NCBI GenBank assembly: GCA_046498345.1 | Contig: JAWOAW010000015.1 | Coordinates: 1-53,019 of the forward strand | DNA: 53,019 bases | DNA from: Thermoplasmatota archaeon | Lineage (GTDB): Archaea; Thermoplasmatota; E2; UBA202; DSCA01 | Direction of reading: 5' to 3' | Shown here: one piece after another, positions 1 to 8,155 of the stretch | How positions within the stretch are numbered: position 1 is the stretch's first letter | Layout: each line of letters opens with the position of its first letter | Notes under the pieces: generated by a model | Told to the model about the DNA's origin: nothing | What the model saw: only the letters and a program-made list of their open reading frames with translations | The model's database searches: none | Program-made: the position numbers and the translations under genes

Positions 1-1284
1 GACGGCGTGGCTCCAGGCCTGGCCAAGGATGTCGATGTTTTGTTGGCCTATGGCGTCGAAGAACAGGATGTCGAGCCAGTCGCCTGCGCCGCCCTGCTCG
101 GGATGGAACTTGTCTTCTTTGCTGTAGCCGAGGCCGGTGCTTCCCAGAGTGGCGATGGCGCCGCCGCGGGGGAGGCTGGTAAGGCGCCAGCTCCAGCATT
201 CGTAGACGGGGATGCCGAAGGTCCAGGAGGGATTGGTGAGGCTGACGTTGAACAGGCTGTTGTGGCAGCCGGCGACCACGCATATGGGCAGTCGGTCGCC
301 GTTGTTGAGGAGGGGCATCTGGAATGTCTGGAGGCCGTATATCCATGTGTCGGGGTCGTTTGGGGGATGGGTTCCCCAGGTGGTGGGGCTGCCGTGTCCG
401 GCGAAGAAGATGTATCCGCAGCCCTGCTGCAGGGTGGCGGCGACGTCTCGCCATCCCTGGAGTGTGTGGTCGGATGTCCAGAGGTTGATCGGGGTGGTGT
501 GTGGCATGCGGTCGATGGCCTGCTGGGCTGCGATTTCGCCTTCGTTGTAGTCGTTGAAGGTGTAGGTGTCGCCTGCCACGGTGGCGAAGGTGTCGAGCCA
601 TGGCGCGCCGTGGACGGTGGTCTCGTAGGTGATGATTTTGTCGACCATGGTTTGGACCTCCCGGGTGTTTCGGCAGGCGAGTCTGCCCAGGTATACGTCG
701 GGGTGCAGGTCGCGGATGTCTTCCGCCGGCTGGTTTTTTCGCCATTCGCCGTAGATGCCGTCGCGGTCGGTGTCCCATGAGGAAAACGAGCCGTTGGCGG
801 TGTATATGTCCGCGTAGTATAGATCGCTGAGGTATGTGTCTTCTTCGGTGGCGACGTTGTCTTCGATGTGGCTGTAGCGGGCGGGCAGCCACCATGGTTC
901 GCCCCGCAACGCGGGATGGCGGCCGCCGACGAGCATGACGTAGCTGATGTTCCAGTCTTCCAGGGCGTTCTTGATGAAGTATTTGATTTTTTCCTGGTCG
1001 TCCCGTCCTTCCACGCTAAAGTGGTCGCCTCCGTATATCTCGTCCAGGGTGACCAACCGGGTGGCGATGCCGTGGCTGTCTTTGTGCTCTTTCAGCCGCT
1101 GTAGGTGGTCGGTCCATGCGGCGGGGGAGATGATGAGCAGGTCGTAGGTTTCGAGGGTGTTTTCTATGTTGGCTGCAGGATGTATGGTGGTGTCTGCATG
1201 TTGCACGGTGTCGAGGCCGGCCAGCGTCGACGAGCAGACCAGAACTGCCACCAGGCATGCCGCCGGTATCCATGTTCGCGCCAT
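1..1284 (-). CDS. Peptidase C25 (gingipain-like) family cysteine protease, secreted; partial, 3' end runs off the window
   Basis: Absent from the ORF track because no stop lies in the window. The reverse frame from ATG 1284-1282 (GGAGG a few nt upstream) is open to position 1. It reads MARTWIPAACLVAVLVCSSTLAG (signal peptide) ... KIKYFIKNALEDWNISYVMLVGG ... LYYADIY ... VYLGRLACRNTREVQTMVDKIITYE ... GYIFFAGHGSPTTW (His) ... ICVVAGCHNSLFN (Cys) ... CWSWRLTSLPRGGAIATLGSTG. It is collinear with the 22727..25129 product. Confidence 0.8.
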   Translation of the reverse strand, partial: MARTWIPAACLVAVLVCSSTLAGLDTVQHADTTIHPAANIENTLETYDLLIISPAAWTDHLQRLKEHKDSHGIATRLVTLDEIYGGDHFSVEGRDDQEKIKYFIKNALEDWNISYVMLVGGRHPALRGEPWWLPARYSHIEDNVATEEDTYLSDLYYADIYTANGSFSSWDTDRDGIYGEWRKNQPAEDIRDLHPDVYLGRLACRNTREVQTMVDKIITYETTVHGAPWLDTFATVAGDTYTFNDYNEGEIAAQQAIDRMPHTTPINLWTSDHTLQGWRDVAATLQQGCGYIFFAGHGSPTTWGTHPPNDPDTWIYGLQTFQMPLLNNGDRLPICVVAGCHNSLFNVSLTNPSWTFGIPVYECWSWRLTSLPRGGAIATLGSTGLGYSKEDKFHPEQGGAGDWLDILFFDAIGQQNIDILGQAWSHAV

Positions 1285-1401
1285 TATTTTTCCTCCATGT
1301 GTACAATGTATGGCGGCATATAAAGGATGCCGTTTTGCCGGGGTATACTGTGGTATCTGCCAAAAATTACGCCGGGAGATACCGCAACGCTTAAAAACTA
1401 G

Positions 1402-1417
1402 TTTAGGTATGCCTAAA
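1402..1417. promoter_or_regulatory. Candidate DtxR/IdeR-type iron-box operator upstream of feoA
   Basis: Palindrome TTTAGG-TATG-CCTAAA sits 16 nt upstream of the feoA ATG. The core TTAGGTATGCCTAA resembles the DtxR consensus core TTAGGTTAGCCTAA. A DtxR-family repressor is encoded at the end of the same operon. Confidence 0.5.
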
Positions 1418-1432
1418 AATACTGGTGACTGT

Positions 1433-1663
1433 ATGGAGCAGCCGATTGCAGACCTCGAAACCGGAGACACCGCCACCATCGCCCGGCTCGGCGGCGGCCG
1501 TGGATGCCAGCGCAGGCTCCGTACCATGGGCATACGGGAAGGCAAACACGTCCGGGTGGTCACCAAACATCCCTTCGTCGGGCCGCTCGTCGTAGAGATA
1601 GACGGACGCAAAACAACCATCGGCAGAGGCATGGCCCAGCGTATTTTCGTCACCACACCATGA
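1433..1663 (+). CDS. feoA: Ferrous iron transport protein A (FeoA)
   Basis: MEQPIADLETGDTATIARLGGGRGCQRRLRTMGIREGKHVRVV...: typical FeoA SH3-like domain of about 76 aa. Its stop TGA overlaps the feoB ATG (ATGA). The alternative ATG at 1409 lies inside the operator palindrome. Confidence 0.85.
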   Translation: MEQPIADLETGDTATIARLGGGRGCQRRLRTMGIREGKHVRVVTKHPFVGPLVVEIDGRKTTIGRGMAQRIFVTTP

Positions 1664-2631
1664 AAAAAATCGTTTTGATGGGCAACCCCAACGTGGGGAA
1701 AAGCGTCGTCTTCGCCCGGCTCACCGGGGCCCAGGTCATCTCCTCCAACTACCCGGGCACCACCATCGACTACTCAAAAGGACGGCTTCGCATCGAGGGA
1801 GAGCGCGCAGAAATCATCGACGCTCCGGGCACCTACTCGCTCGAGCCGTCCAACAAGGCAGAGGAGGTAGCCGTCGAGCTGCTGCACGACGCCGACATCG
1901 TGGTGAACGTCGTCGACGCCACCAACCTCGAGCGCAACCTCTATCTGACGCTTGAGCTCCTCGAGCAAGATGTGCCCGTGGTCGTGGCGCTCAACATGTG
2001 GGACGAAACAGCCCATGAGGGTATCACCATCGACAGGGAACGGCTGGAGGAGCTGCTCGGCGTTCCAGCAGTGCCCACGGTGGCGCTCACCGGCGAGGGG
2101 TTCCGCGAGCTCGTCGCCGCGCTGCCTGATGCGAGGCAGTGTGATCGGCTGCCGGCCGGCGAGGAGGCGCGATGGGTGGACATCGGCCATATCATCCGGG
2201 CGGTGCAGCACGTCGAGCATCGACATCACACCATCTGGGATCGGCTGGCGGATGCGACCATCATGCCGGCCAGCGGTATCCCTATCGCCATCGTCGTCCT
2301 GCTGGCCTCGTTCTGGCTTATCCAGGTTATCGGCGAGTCGGTCATCACCGTTCTGATGGACCCGCTGTTTGAGGCATATCGCCCGCTTGTCATGGATCTG
2401 AGCGAATGGCTGGGGCCGGGCATGCTGCATGACATTCTGGTCGGCCAGCTCATCGAGGGGGGTATCGACTACGAGCAGTCCATGGGCATGCTGACCACCG
2501 GGCTCTATGTTCCCTTCGGCATTGTGCTCCCCTACATCGCTGCCTTCTATCTGCTGCTGTCGCTGCTGGAGGACTCTGGCTATCTGCCGCGGCTGGCCAC
2601 GCTCACCGACAACGTGTTCCACCGGCTGTGA
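1660..2631 (+). CDS. feoB: Ferrous iron transporter FeoB, N-terminal part (G domain, helical domain, first TM segments); ends at an in-frame TGA
   Basis: MKKIVLMGNPNVGKSVVFARLTG (G1), DAPG (G3), NMWD (G4), then LSLLEDSGYLPRLATLTDNVFHRL followed by TGA at 2629-2631. Confidence 0.85.
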   Translation: MKKIVLMGNPNVGKSVVFARLTGAQVISSNYPGTTIDYSKGRLRIEGERAEIIDAPGTYSLEPSNKAEEVAVELLHDADIVVNVVDATNLERNLYLTLELLEQDVPVVVALNMWDETAHEGITIDRERLEELLGVPAVPTVALTGEGFRELVAALPDARQCDRLPAGEEARWVDIGHIIRAVQHVEHRHHTIWDRLADATIMPASGIPIAIVVLLASFWLIQVIGESVITVLMDPLFEAYRPLVMDLSEWLGPGMLHDILVGQLIEGGIDYEQSMGMLTTGLYVPFGIVLPYIAAFYLLLSLLEDSGYLPRLATLTDNVFHRL

Positions 2632-3372
2632 ATGCACGGCTACGGCATCGTCCCCGTTTTCATGGGGCTCGGCTGCAACGTCCCCGGCATGCTGGCCACC
2701 CGGAATCTGGAAACCCGGAAGCAGCGATTCATCGCCGCGACGCTGCTCGCCATCGCGGTGCCCTGCATGGCGCAGACCGCCATGATATTCGGCATCCTGG
2801 GGCCGCATGGATTGCGCTACATCCTCCTGGTCGTCGGGGTGCTCGTCGCGACCTACGTCACCGCGGGGCTGCTGCTCACCCGCGTGGTGGCAGGCGAGAG
2901 CCCCGAGATATTCATGGAGATACCGCCCTATCGCCGTCCTTCTCTGGCGGCCATCGGCAAAAAAACCTGGATGCGCGTCCGGGGGTTCCTGGGCGAGGCC
3001 ATTCCCTTTCTTTTCCTGGGGGTGCTGCTCGTCAACATGCTCTATTCGGCGGGCGTCCTGCAGTGGCTGGGCGACGTCTTTGCACCGTTCACCCATGGCT
3101 GGCTGGGATTGCCCAGCCAGGCGACCACGGCGCTGCTCGTCGGCTTCCTCCGCAAGGACCTGGCCATCGGGATGCTGCTCTCGCTTGACATGGGCGCCAT
3201 GCAGCTGGTCATCGCCGCCGTGGTGCTCACCGTCTATTTTCCCTGCGTGGCCACCTTCGCGGTCATGCTCCGGGAGCTCGGCCTGAAGGACATGCTCAAG
3301 GCGACCGCCGTCATGCTCGTCACGGCGACGCTCGTCGGCGGGCTGCTGCACCTCGTACTGCCCGGTGTATAG
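2632..3372 (+). CDS. feoB: FeoB, C-terminal membrane part, same frame as 1660..2631
   Basis: Starts with ATG immediately after the TGA. MHGYGIVPVFMGLGCNVPGMLATR continues the conserved FeoB gate motif (G-L-H-G-K-x-F-I-P-x-x-x-G-F-G-C-N-V-P). Several further TM helices follow. Confidence 0.85.
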   Translation: MHGYGIVPVFMGLGCNVPGMLATRNLETRKQRFIAATLLAIAVPCMAQTAMIFGILGPHGLRYILLVVGVLVATYVTAGLLLTRVVAGESPEIFMEIPPYRRPSLAAIGKKTWMRVRGFLGEAIPFLFLGVLLVNMLYSAGVLQWLGDVFAPFTHGWLGLPSQATTALLVGFLRKDLAIGMLLSLDMGAMQLVIAAVVLTVYFPCVATFAVMLRELGLKDMLKATAVMLVTATLVGGLLHLVLPGV

Positions 3373-3380
3373 GAGAAACC

Positions 3381-3839
3381 ATGAGACGAAAAACCATAGA
3401 GGAATACATCGAAACCATCTACGTCCTGCAGCAGCGGGAGGGTTCCGCGCATACCAGTGCCATCGCCGCCGAGATGGGGGTGCAGGCGCCCTCGGTGACA
3501 GAGATGCTCCAGAAGCTGCAGGAGGACGGCTACGTCGAGTACACCCCATACCGGGGGGCCATGCTCACCGATACCGGCCGTGCATTGGCCGAGGATCTCA
3601 TGGACAAGCACCGGGTCATCGCCGACTTCCTGGACATCATCGGCGTCGAACGAAGCCGGGCGGAAATCGACGCCTGCCAGATAGAGCACCATGTCAGCCC
3701 CCGGAGCATAGAACAGCTCGAAAAATTCGTGCATTTTGTCACCGATGCACCCGACATGCCCCGCTGGATCCGGCATTTCAGGCAGTACTGCAGGACGGGG
3801 GAACGGGTGTCATGCGAGCTATACGACAGGGAGGAATAG
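3381..3839 (+). CDS. DtxR/MntR/IdeR-family metal-dependent transcriptional repressor
   Basis: MRRKTIEEYIETIYVLQQREGSAHTSAIAAEMGVQAPSVTEMLQKLQEDGYV...DKHRVIADFL...ACQIEHHVS: wHTH plus metal-binding/dimerisation helices. AGGAG RBS. Starts 8 nt after feoB. Confidence 0.85.
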   Translation: MRRKTIEEYIETIYVLQQREGSAHTSAIAAEMGVQAPSVTEMLQKLQEDGYVEYTPYRGAMLTDTGRALAEDLMDKHRVIADFLDIIGVERSRAEIDACQIEHHVSPRSIEQLEKFVHFVTDAPDMPRWIRHFRQYCRTGERVSCELYDREE

Positions 3840-3918
3840 CCGGGCAGCCCGAGGCCCCGCAGCGAAAACCAGTAGCATTATATAGCCATGAGGGATATAA
3901 TGGGCGGAGGCTAACACC

Positions 3919-5565
3919 ATGAAACGAGGTACACAACCAGCAGTATTGGGAATAGCAATAGCGGCACTGCTCGTGATGACGGTGGCCCCTGCGGCAATCG
4001 TCGCCACCGAGCCCGCCGAAGAAAACGAGTTTGAGGGAGCCGAGCTCCGCCCCTTCCAGCTGGAGCGACTGAGCCACGACGGACCCGTCGCCACGACGGC
4101 CGGCGGCGCCCTGGTCACCCCGGACAGCCCGGAAGAGGACATGGAGCCCTGCATCACCGACGACCGAAACGGCCACACCGTGGTCACCTGGACGCATCGA
4201 GCGGGAACCTTCGACGCCGACATCGGCATGGCCTACTCATCCGACGGCACCGCATGGGAGTCAACGCTTATCACAATGGACGGTATGGAGCTCCACTCCG
4301 ACGTCGCCTACGTCCACGGGAGCGACTTCGAGGGTGGCGGCGACTTCACCGGCCTCTGGGGCTGCTTCGGCGACATCGTCAACAACAACCCCGGATTCTT
4401 CCGCATCGCCGACATCACCGACAGCGGCACCTACGAGTTCTACACCTGGAGCAGCGAATACGAGGACACCAGATACACATGCATCTCCGACCATACATGG
4501 TACAACGAGTTCAACTACGACGTCACCGGGCCCACCAACATGTACATCTACCACGTCGTCTACGACGTCTACGACATACCGGCATGCCCGAGCCACTGGT
4601 ACGTGGGCGGAGCGCTCGAGGGAGGCGGCATCGGATACTTCGACGCGCAGTCCAAGGTGGTGACCGCACCCGCAGCCGACCCAGACATGGCCTGCTTCCA
4701 CGACAATGACCCGGCGCAGACCGAGGACGACTACATCATACTCACCTGGCAGTACGACAACCAGACCACCGGGGGCAGCGAAGTCGTCGTCAAAAAAATC
4801 GTGCCAAACGAGGAGCCCGACATCGAGTACACGCCATACCAGTACTACCTCGACCAGGACCCCACCTATGACAACGCGCATCCCAACATCGGCAGCTCGG
4901 GAGACAACGCCGTCATCGTCTACATGACCACCGACAACGTGTTCGGCGACTGGGACATCAAATGCGCCTACACCAGCGACGGCGGCGAAAACTGGGGCTT
5001 CAGCACCGTCGCCAGCGAAGGCCAGACCGACGAGCTGTACCCGGCCGTGTTCATGAGCGGCAGCACCGCGTTCTGCGCATATATCATGGACGGCAACCTG
5101 TACGTCACCAAGTCAGAGGACGGCGGCGCAACATGGAACGAGGCAGAGCAGATAAACGAGGAAGACGGCACCGTCGTCGAAGAAGAAAACGCCGTCGACA
5201 TCCACCAGAGCGGCATCGTCTGGGTGGACAACCGGGACGGCAACAAGGACATCTACTACGCACCCGTACCCAGCGCCATTCTCGAGATCACCGGCCTTTC
5301 AGGCGGGTTCGGCGTCAGCGCCACCATCACCAACAGCGGCACCGTCGCAGCCGAAAACGTCGAATGGGCCGTCGAGCTCTCAGGACCAGTGTTCGTCGGC
5401 GCGAGCACATCAGGCACCATCGACCAGCTCGGGCCCGGCGAATCAGCCACCGTAGGGCCCGGCCTCGTGCTCGGCGTCGGACCGACCACGATAACCGTCA
5501 CGGCGGGCGGCTCCAGCACATCGGCCAGCGGCTTCGTCCTCGGACCGTTCGTGCTGGGACTATAG
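3919..5565 (+). CDS. Secreted BNR/Asp-box repeat (sialidase-like beta-propeller) protein
   Basis: N-terminal signal/anchor MKRGTQPAVLGIAIAALLVMTVAPAAIVA. Asp-box motifs are SSDGTAW, TSDGGENW and SEDGGATW. The C-terminal Ig-like tail is GFGVSATITNSGTVAAENVEWAVELSG. Confidence 0.7.
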   Translation: MKRGTQPAVLGIAIAALLVMTVAPAAIVATEPAEENEFEGAELRPFQLERLSHDGPVATTAGGALVTPDSPEEDMEPCITDDRNGHTVVTWTHRAGTFDADIGMAYSSDGTAWESTLITMDGMELHSDVAYVHGSDFEGGGDFTGLWGCFGDIVNNNPGFFRIADITDSGTYEFYTWSSEYEDTRYTCISDHTWYNEFNYDVTGPTNMYIYHVVYDVYDIPACPSHWYVGGALEGGGIGYFDAQSKVVTAPAADPDMACFHDNDPAQTEDDYIILTWQYDNQTTGGSEVVVKKIVPNEEPDIEYTPYQYYLDQDPTYDNAHPNIGSSGDNAVIVYMTTDNVFGDWDIKCAYTSDGGENWGFSTVASEGQTDELYPAVFMSGSTAFCAYIMDGNLYVTKSEDGGATWNEAEQINEEDGTVVEEENAVDIHQSGIVWVDNRDGNKDIYYAPVPSAILEITGLSGGFGVSATITNSGTVAAENVEWAVELSGPVFVGASTSGTIDQLGPGESATVGPGLVLGVGPTTITVTAGGSSTSASGFVLGPFVLGL

Positions 5566-5569
5566 CGAA

Positions 5570-5593
5570 CGCCACCTCTCCCCCTCTTTTTTT
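5570..5593 (+). terminator. C-rich box plus T8 run, candidate archaeal terminator
   Basis: CGCCACCTCTCCCCCTC followed by TTTTTTTT, 5 nt after the stop of 3919..5565. The same 15-mer CGCCACCTCTCCCCC followed by a T-run recurs at 43221-43246. Confidence 0.35.
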
Positions 5594-5630
5594 TCACATT
5601 TTTTGGTGTCCAGCCATGCAAAAAGATAGG

Positions 5631-5876
5631 TCACATCATCCGGCGGATGCAGACCTTCAGCACAAAGGCAGCGCCACCGATGACCACCACCATGGCAACG
5701 ATGAAGGCCACAAACGCCAGGCTCACGCTTCCCAGCACCCAGACGGCATACAATCCGCCGGCCAAGACAGCGAGAAGGACAAGCGCCAGGGACGACCAGT
5801 CCACGACCCGGCAGTACCTGCGTGCCCTGCGCCGTCCTGTATCATCCCGCCCGTTTTCGGTGCCATCTGCTGACAT
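5631..5876 (-). CDS. Small membrane protein (two predicted TM helices), unknown function
   Basis: Charged N-terminus (MSADGTENGRDDTGRRRARR), then LALVLLAVLAGGLYAVWVLG and VSLAFVAFIVAMVVVIGGAAFVL. The overlapping + strand ORF (5647..5910) is low-complexity. Confidence 0.5.
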   Translation of the reverse strand: MSADGTENGRDDTGRRRARRYCRVVDWSSLALVLLAVLAGGLYAVWVLGSVSLAFVAFIVAMVVVIGGAAFVLKVCIRRMM

Positions 5877-5956
5877 GGATGTCAGGCATACAACCCGAGA
5901 CGGCTTTTAAGCATTCGCCCCACCGGTACGAATGTGTACGAGGGGCGTCAAAATGT

Positions 5957-5982
5957 AATGTCGGGGGCGGGAAACGAACCCG
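5957..5982. repeat. Distal direct repeat: partial copy of the tRNA-Met 3' end (acceptor 3' strand plus T-arm)
   Basis: aatgtcgggggcgggaaacgaacccg versus 9136-9161 aatgtcgggggcgggatctgaacccg. The three mismatches are consecutive and fall in the T-loop. Confidence 0.8.
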
Positions 5983-5984
5983 TA

Positions 5985-5996
5985 TTTACCGGTAAA
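5985..5996. repeat. Perfect palindrome TTTACCGGTAAA just inside the left islet boundary
   Basis: Arms TTTAC/GTAAA are shared with the palindrome at 9087-9102. Confidence 0.6.
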
Positions 5997-6147
5997 ATTT
6001 TGAAACGACAGAGAATGCTCTTGGAATATTATTTGGGTGCAAATCACGGCAATTAGGAGGGTAAAGTGTGCCAAGGAAACCTATAACCTTGTGACTAATT
6101 AGCAAATTTTATAAACAAATTGTTGTTAAGAATATGAGGTGGGAGAG

Positions 6148-7083
6148 ATGAAGGAAAAATCCTTGTCTGTAAGCGGGTTGGTTATTGGCATACTATTTTT
6201 GTTTATCGGAACAAATGTTATTTCAGAAACCGAAAATGTAGTAATTGAAAGATGTACTACCTCAGGTAACAATCTTGTTGGAAATACTTTATATGTTGGA
6301 GGCACGGGACCAAATAATTATACGAAAATTCAGGAGGCGATAAATGATGCAAGCGATGATGATGCTGTTTTTGTGTATAGTGGCACATATTATGAGCAGT
6401 TAGTAGTAGACAAAACAGTAAATCTCATAGGCGAGAATAAGTACACCACAATTGTTGACGGTGGCGGCGAGAATGACACTGTGCGTATTGGTACTTCTGC
6501 CCATGGCGTAACAATATCAGGGTTCACAATACAAAACAGCGGAGATGTGGGGTATGGCGGACATATTGATGCTGGTATCGACATACTATCAAACAATAAT
6601 GTAATTTTTAATAATATCCTTATAAACCATCCACAAACAGGCATATATCTGTATGTTTCAAACGGAAATAATATTACAAATAATATAATCCAATACACTC
6701 GTTCTGGGATAGATTTCAACTCTGCTAGTGAAAATATCATTTCACATAATAATTTCTCTTACAATAGCGAGTGGGGTGTAGTGGTTCATGTTGATGGTAA
6801 AAGCGCCAACAACATCATTGCATATAACACATTCTTTGGAAACACGATGGGGTTGGCTCTGTATCATTCCAGCAACAGAATTTATCGGAATAACTTTATT
6901 AAAAATAGTAATTTTAATGCAGCTTCACATTTTAATCCATTTCGGATGACTCCCTCACGGAATAGTTGGGATGAAAATTTCTGGGATGATTGGAGGGGTT
7001 TCGGGCCAAAACATATCCCAGGATTCTTCGGATTTAATTTCGATCTCCATCCAGCGGAGGAGCCATATACGTTTGAGGTTTGA
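6148..7083 (+). CDS. Secreted/anchored right-handed parallel beta-helix repeat protein (PbH1/NosD-like)
   Basis: ATG at 6148 is preceded by GGTGGGAG, whereas the track starts at GTG 6139. The N-terminal anchor is LSVSGLVIGILFLFIGTNVI. Then comes LYVGGTGPNNYTKIQEAINDASDDDAVFVYSGTYYEQLVVDKTVNLIGE, followed by repeated NNxIxxN units. It is a paralogue of the N-terminal half of 27433..29088. The gene is AT-rich. Confidence 0.8.
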   Translation: MKEKSLSVSGLVIGILFLFIGTNVISETENVVIERCTTSGNNLVGNTLYVGGTGPNNYTKIQEAINDASDDDAVFVYSGTYYEQLVVDKTVNLIGENKYTTIVDGGGENDTVRIGTSAHGVTISGFTIQNSGDVGYGGHIDAGIDILSNNNVIFNNILINHPQTGIYLYVSNGNNITNNIIQYTRSGIDFNSASENIISHNNFSYNSEWGVVVHVDGKSANNIIAYNTFFGNTMGLALYHSSNRIYRNNFIKNSNFNAASHFNPFRMTPSRNSWDENFWDDWRGFGPKHIPGFFGFNFDLHPAEEPYTFEV

Positions 7084-7087
7084 TTGT

Positions 7088-8062
7088 ATGAAAAATAGTT
7101 TATTTAGAAAAACTCTCGTTATTGTTTTACTAGCTCTATTAACCGTAACCGGCTTATCAACTTTCATATCCTCAAACTATAAAATGGAGGCAGTAAATGT
7201 AACAATCGATACTGTTGAACAACCAAGAAATTCTACGATTGACGTAGCTTATCCGGATGATGGTATCTCACTCAAAACTGTTGGCGGTGACGGGAACACC
7301 AAATATTGGGCTGTGATTGCAACAGCAGGAGCTAACGCACACCAAGTAATATTAAGCACCAGAGATGCTGAACAGCTGTACGATATACTTGTTGCTCATA
7401 ATTGGGAAGAAAATAATATAAAATTATTAATTGAAGAAGAAGCTACAAGAGGAGCAGTAATGAATACGTTCCAGTGGCTGAATGAAAGTGGCGAAGATGC
7501 AGATGATGTCATTTTTTTCTTTTTTAGTTTTCATGGATTCCATATGGAAGATAAGCCACCCTTTGACGAGCCTGATGGCCAAGATGGTTTTCTAGCACCG
7601 TTTGGTTTCGATTTTGAAACCTGGGAAAATGCTATATTAGATGATGAGCTGGCAGCAGAATTTAATAAACTGAAATCAAAAAATATTTTTGCCATCATCC
7701 ATTCTTGTCATAGTGGCGAGTTTATTGATGGCACGAGCGACCTTTGTAACTCTGGTCGTGTTGTTTTAACTTCATGTGCCGCAGATGAAACATCCTGCCC
7801 CATCTATGCTAAAATGCAATGGCTTTATGCATATTATATAATAAAAGGTTTCAAAGGAAGTGCAGATAATAATAAAGACAACTGGGTATCGGCAGAAGAA
7901 GCGTTTAGCTATGCGAAATTACCAACTCAAATCCGATCCACAATATTCACCTTAATTAGTCCCCAAGTTCCCTTTACAACACAGCATCCCCAAATATATG
8001 ACGGATGGCCTACTGAGGAAAATCATGAGGATGACTTAAATATAATAGATATGACAAAGTAA
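7088..8062 (+). CDS. Membrane-anchored caspase-family (clan CD, C14 orthocaspase/metacaspase-like) cysteine peptidase
   Basis: ATG lies 4 nt after the previous stop. The anchor is MKNSLFRKTLVIVLLALLTVTGLSTFI. The His-Gly motif is VIFFFFSFHGFH and the Cys motif is IFAIIHSCHSGEF (compare D-x-C-H-S-G of metacaspases). The order and spacing of the dyad are canonical. Confidence 0.7.
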   Translation: MKNSLFRKTLVIVLLALLTVTGLSTFISSNYKMEAVNVTIDTVEQPRNSTIDVAYPDDGISLKTVGGDGNTKYWAVIATAGANAHQVILSTRDAEQLYDILVAHNWEENNIKLLIEEEATRGAVMNTFQWLNESGEDADDVIFFFFSFHGFHMEDKPPFDEPDGQDGFLAPFGFDFETWENAILDDELAAEFNKLKSKNIFAIIHSCHSGEFIDGTSDLCNSGRVVLTSCAADETSCPIYAKMQWLYAYYIIKGFKGSADNNKDNWVSAEEAFSYAKLPTQIRSTIFTLISPQVPFTTQHPQIYDGWPTEENHEDDLNIIDMTK

Positions 8063-8155
8063 GAATTAAATTTTTTCATTTAGGGGATACTTCTGTTGCG
8101 TTAGGTTGGCGTGAATTGAAAGGGGGTGATGCTTGCGGGTCGTGAATGAATATAC

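Noticed and set aside
7-780. 257-aa + strand ORF at the window start
   Set aside because: It is antisense to the clearly recognisable C25 peptidase frame (1..1284, -). The product is a Gly/Ala/Val/Asp-rich sequence without motifs. This is a typical GC-rich shadow ORF.
1409-1411. Alternative feoA start (MPKNTGDC...)
   Set aside because: This ATG lies in the middle of the candidate operator palindrome. The FeoA domain alignment begins near the ATG at 1433, though 1409 cannot be excluded.
2629-2631. feoB TGA as selenocysteine or as a genome-wide UGA-to-Gly reassignment
   Set aside because: Many neighbouring genes clearly terminate at TGA (feoA, tpiA, hypC, hypD, hflX, polB), so UGA is a normal stop here. 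Gly, not Cys/Sec, is the conserved residue at this position, and I see no obvious SECIS-like hairpin. It is kept only as a local split, read-through or error hypothesis.
1774-3549. 591-aa minus-strand ORF
   Set aside because: It lies entirely antisense to feoB. The product is Arg/Gly/His/Pro/Asp-rich low complexity with no domain signatures.
7468-7479. Partial match TTCCAGTGGCTG to the palindromic motif core
   Set aside because: It lies inside the coding sequence of the C14-like peptidase, lacks the C-rich half and the full palindrome. It is most likely chance.
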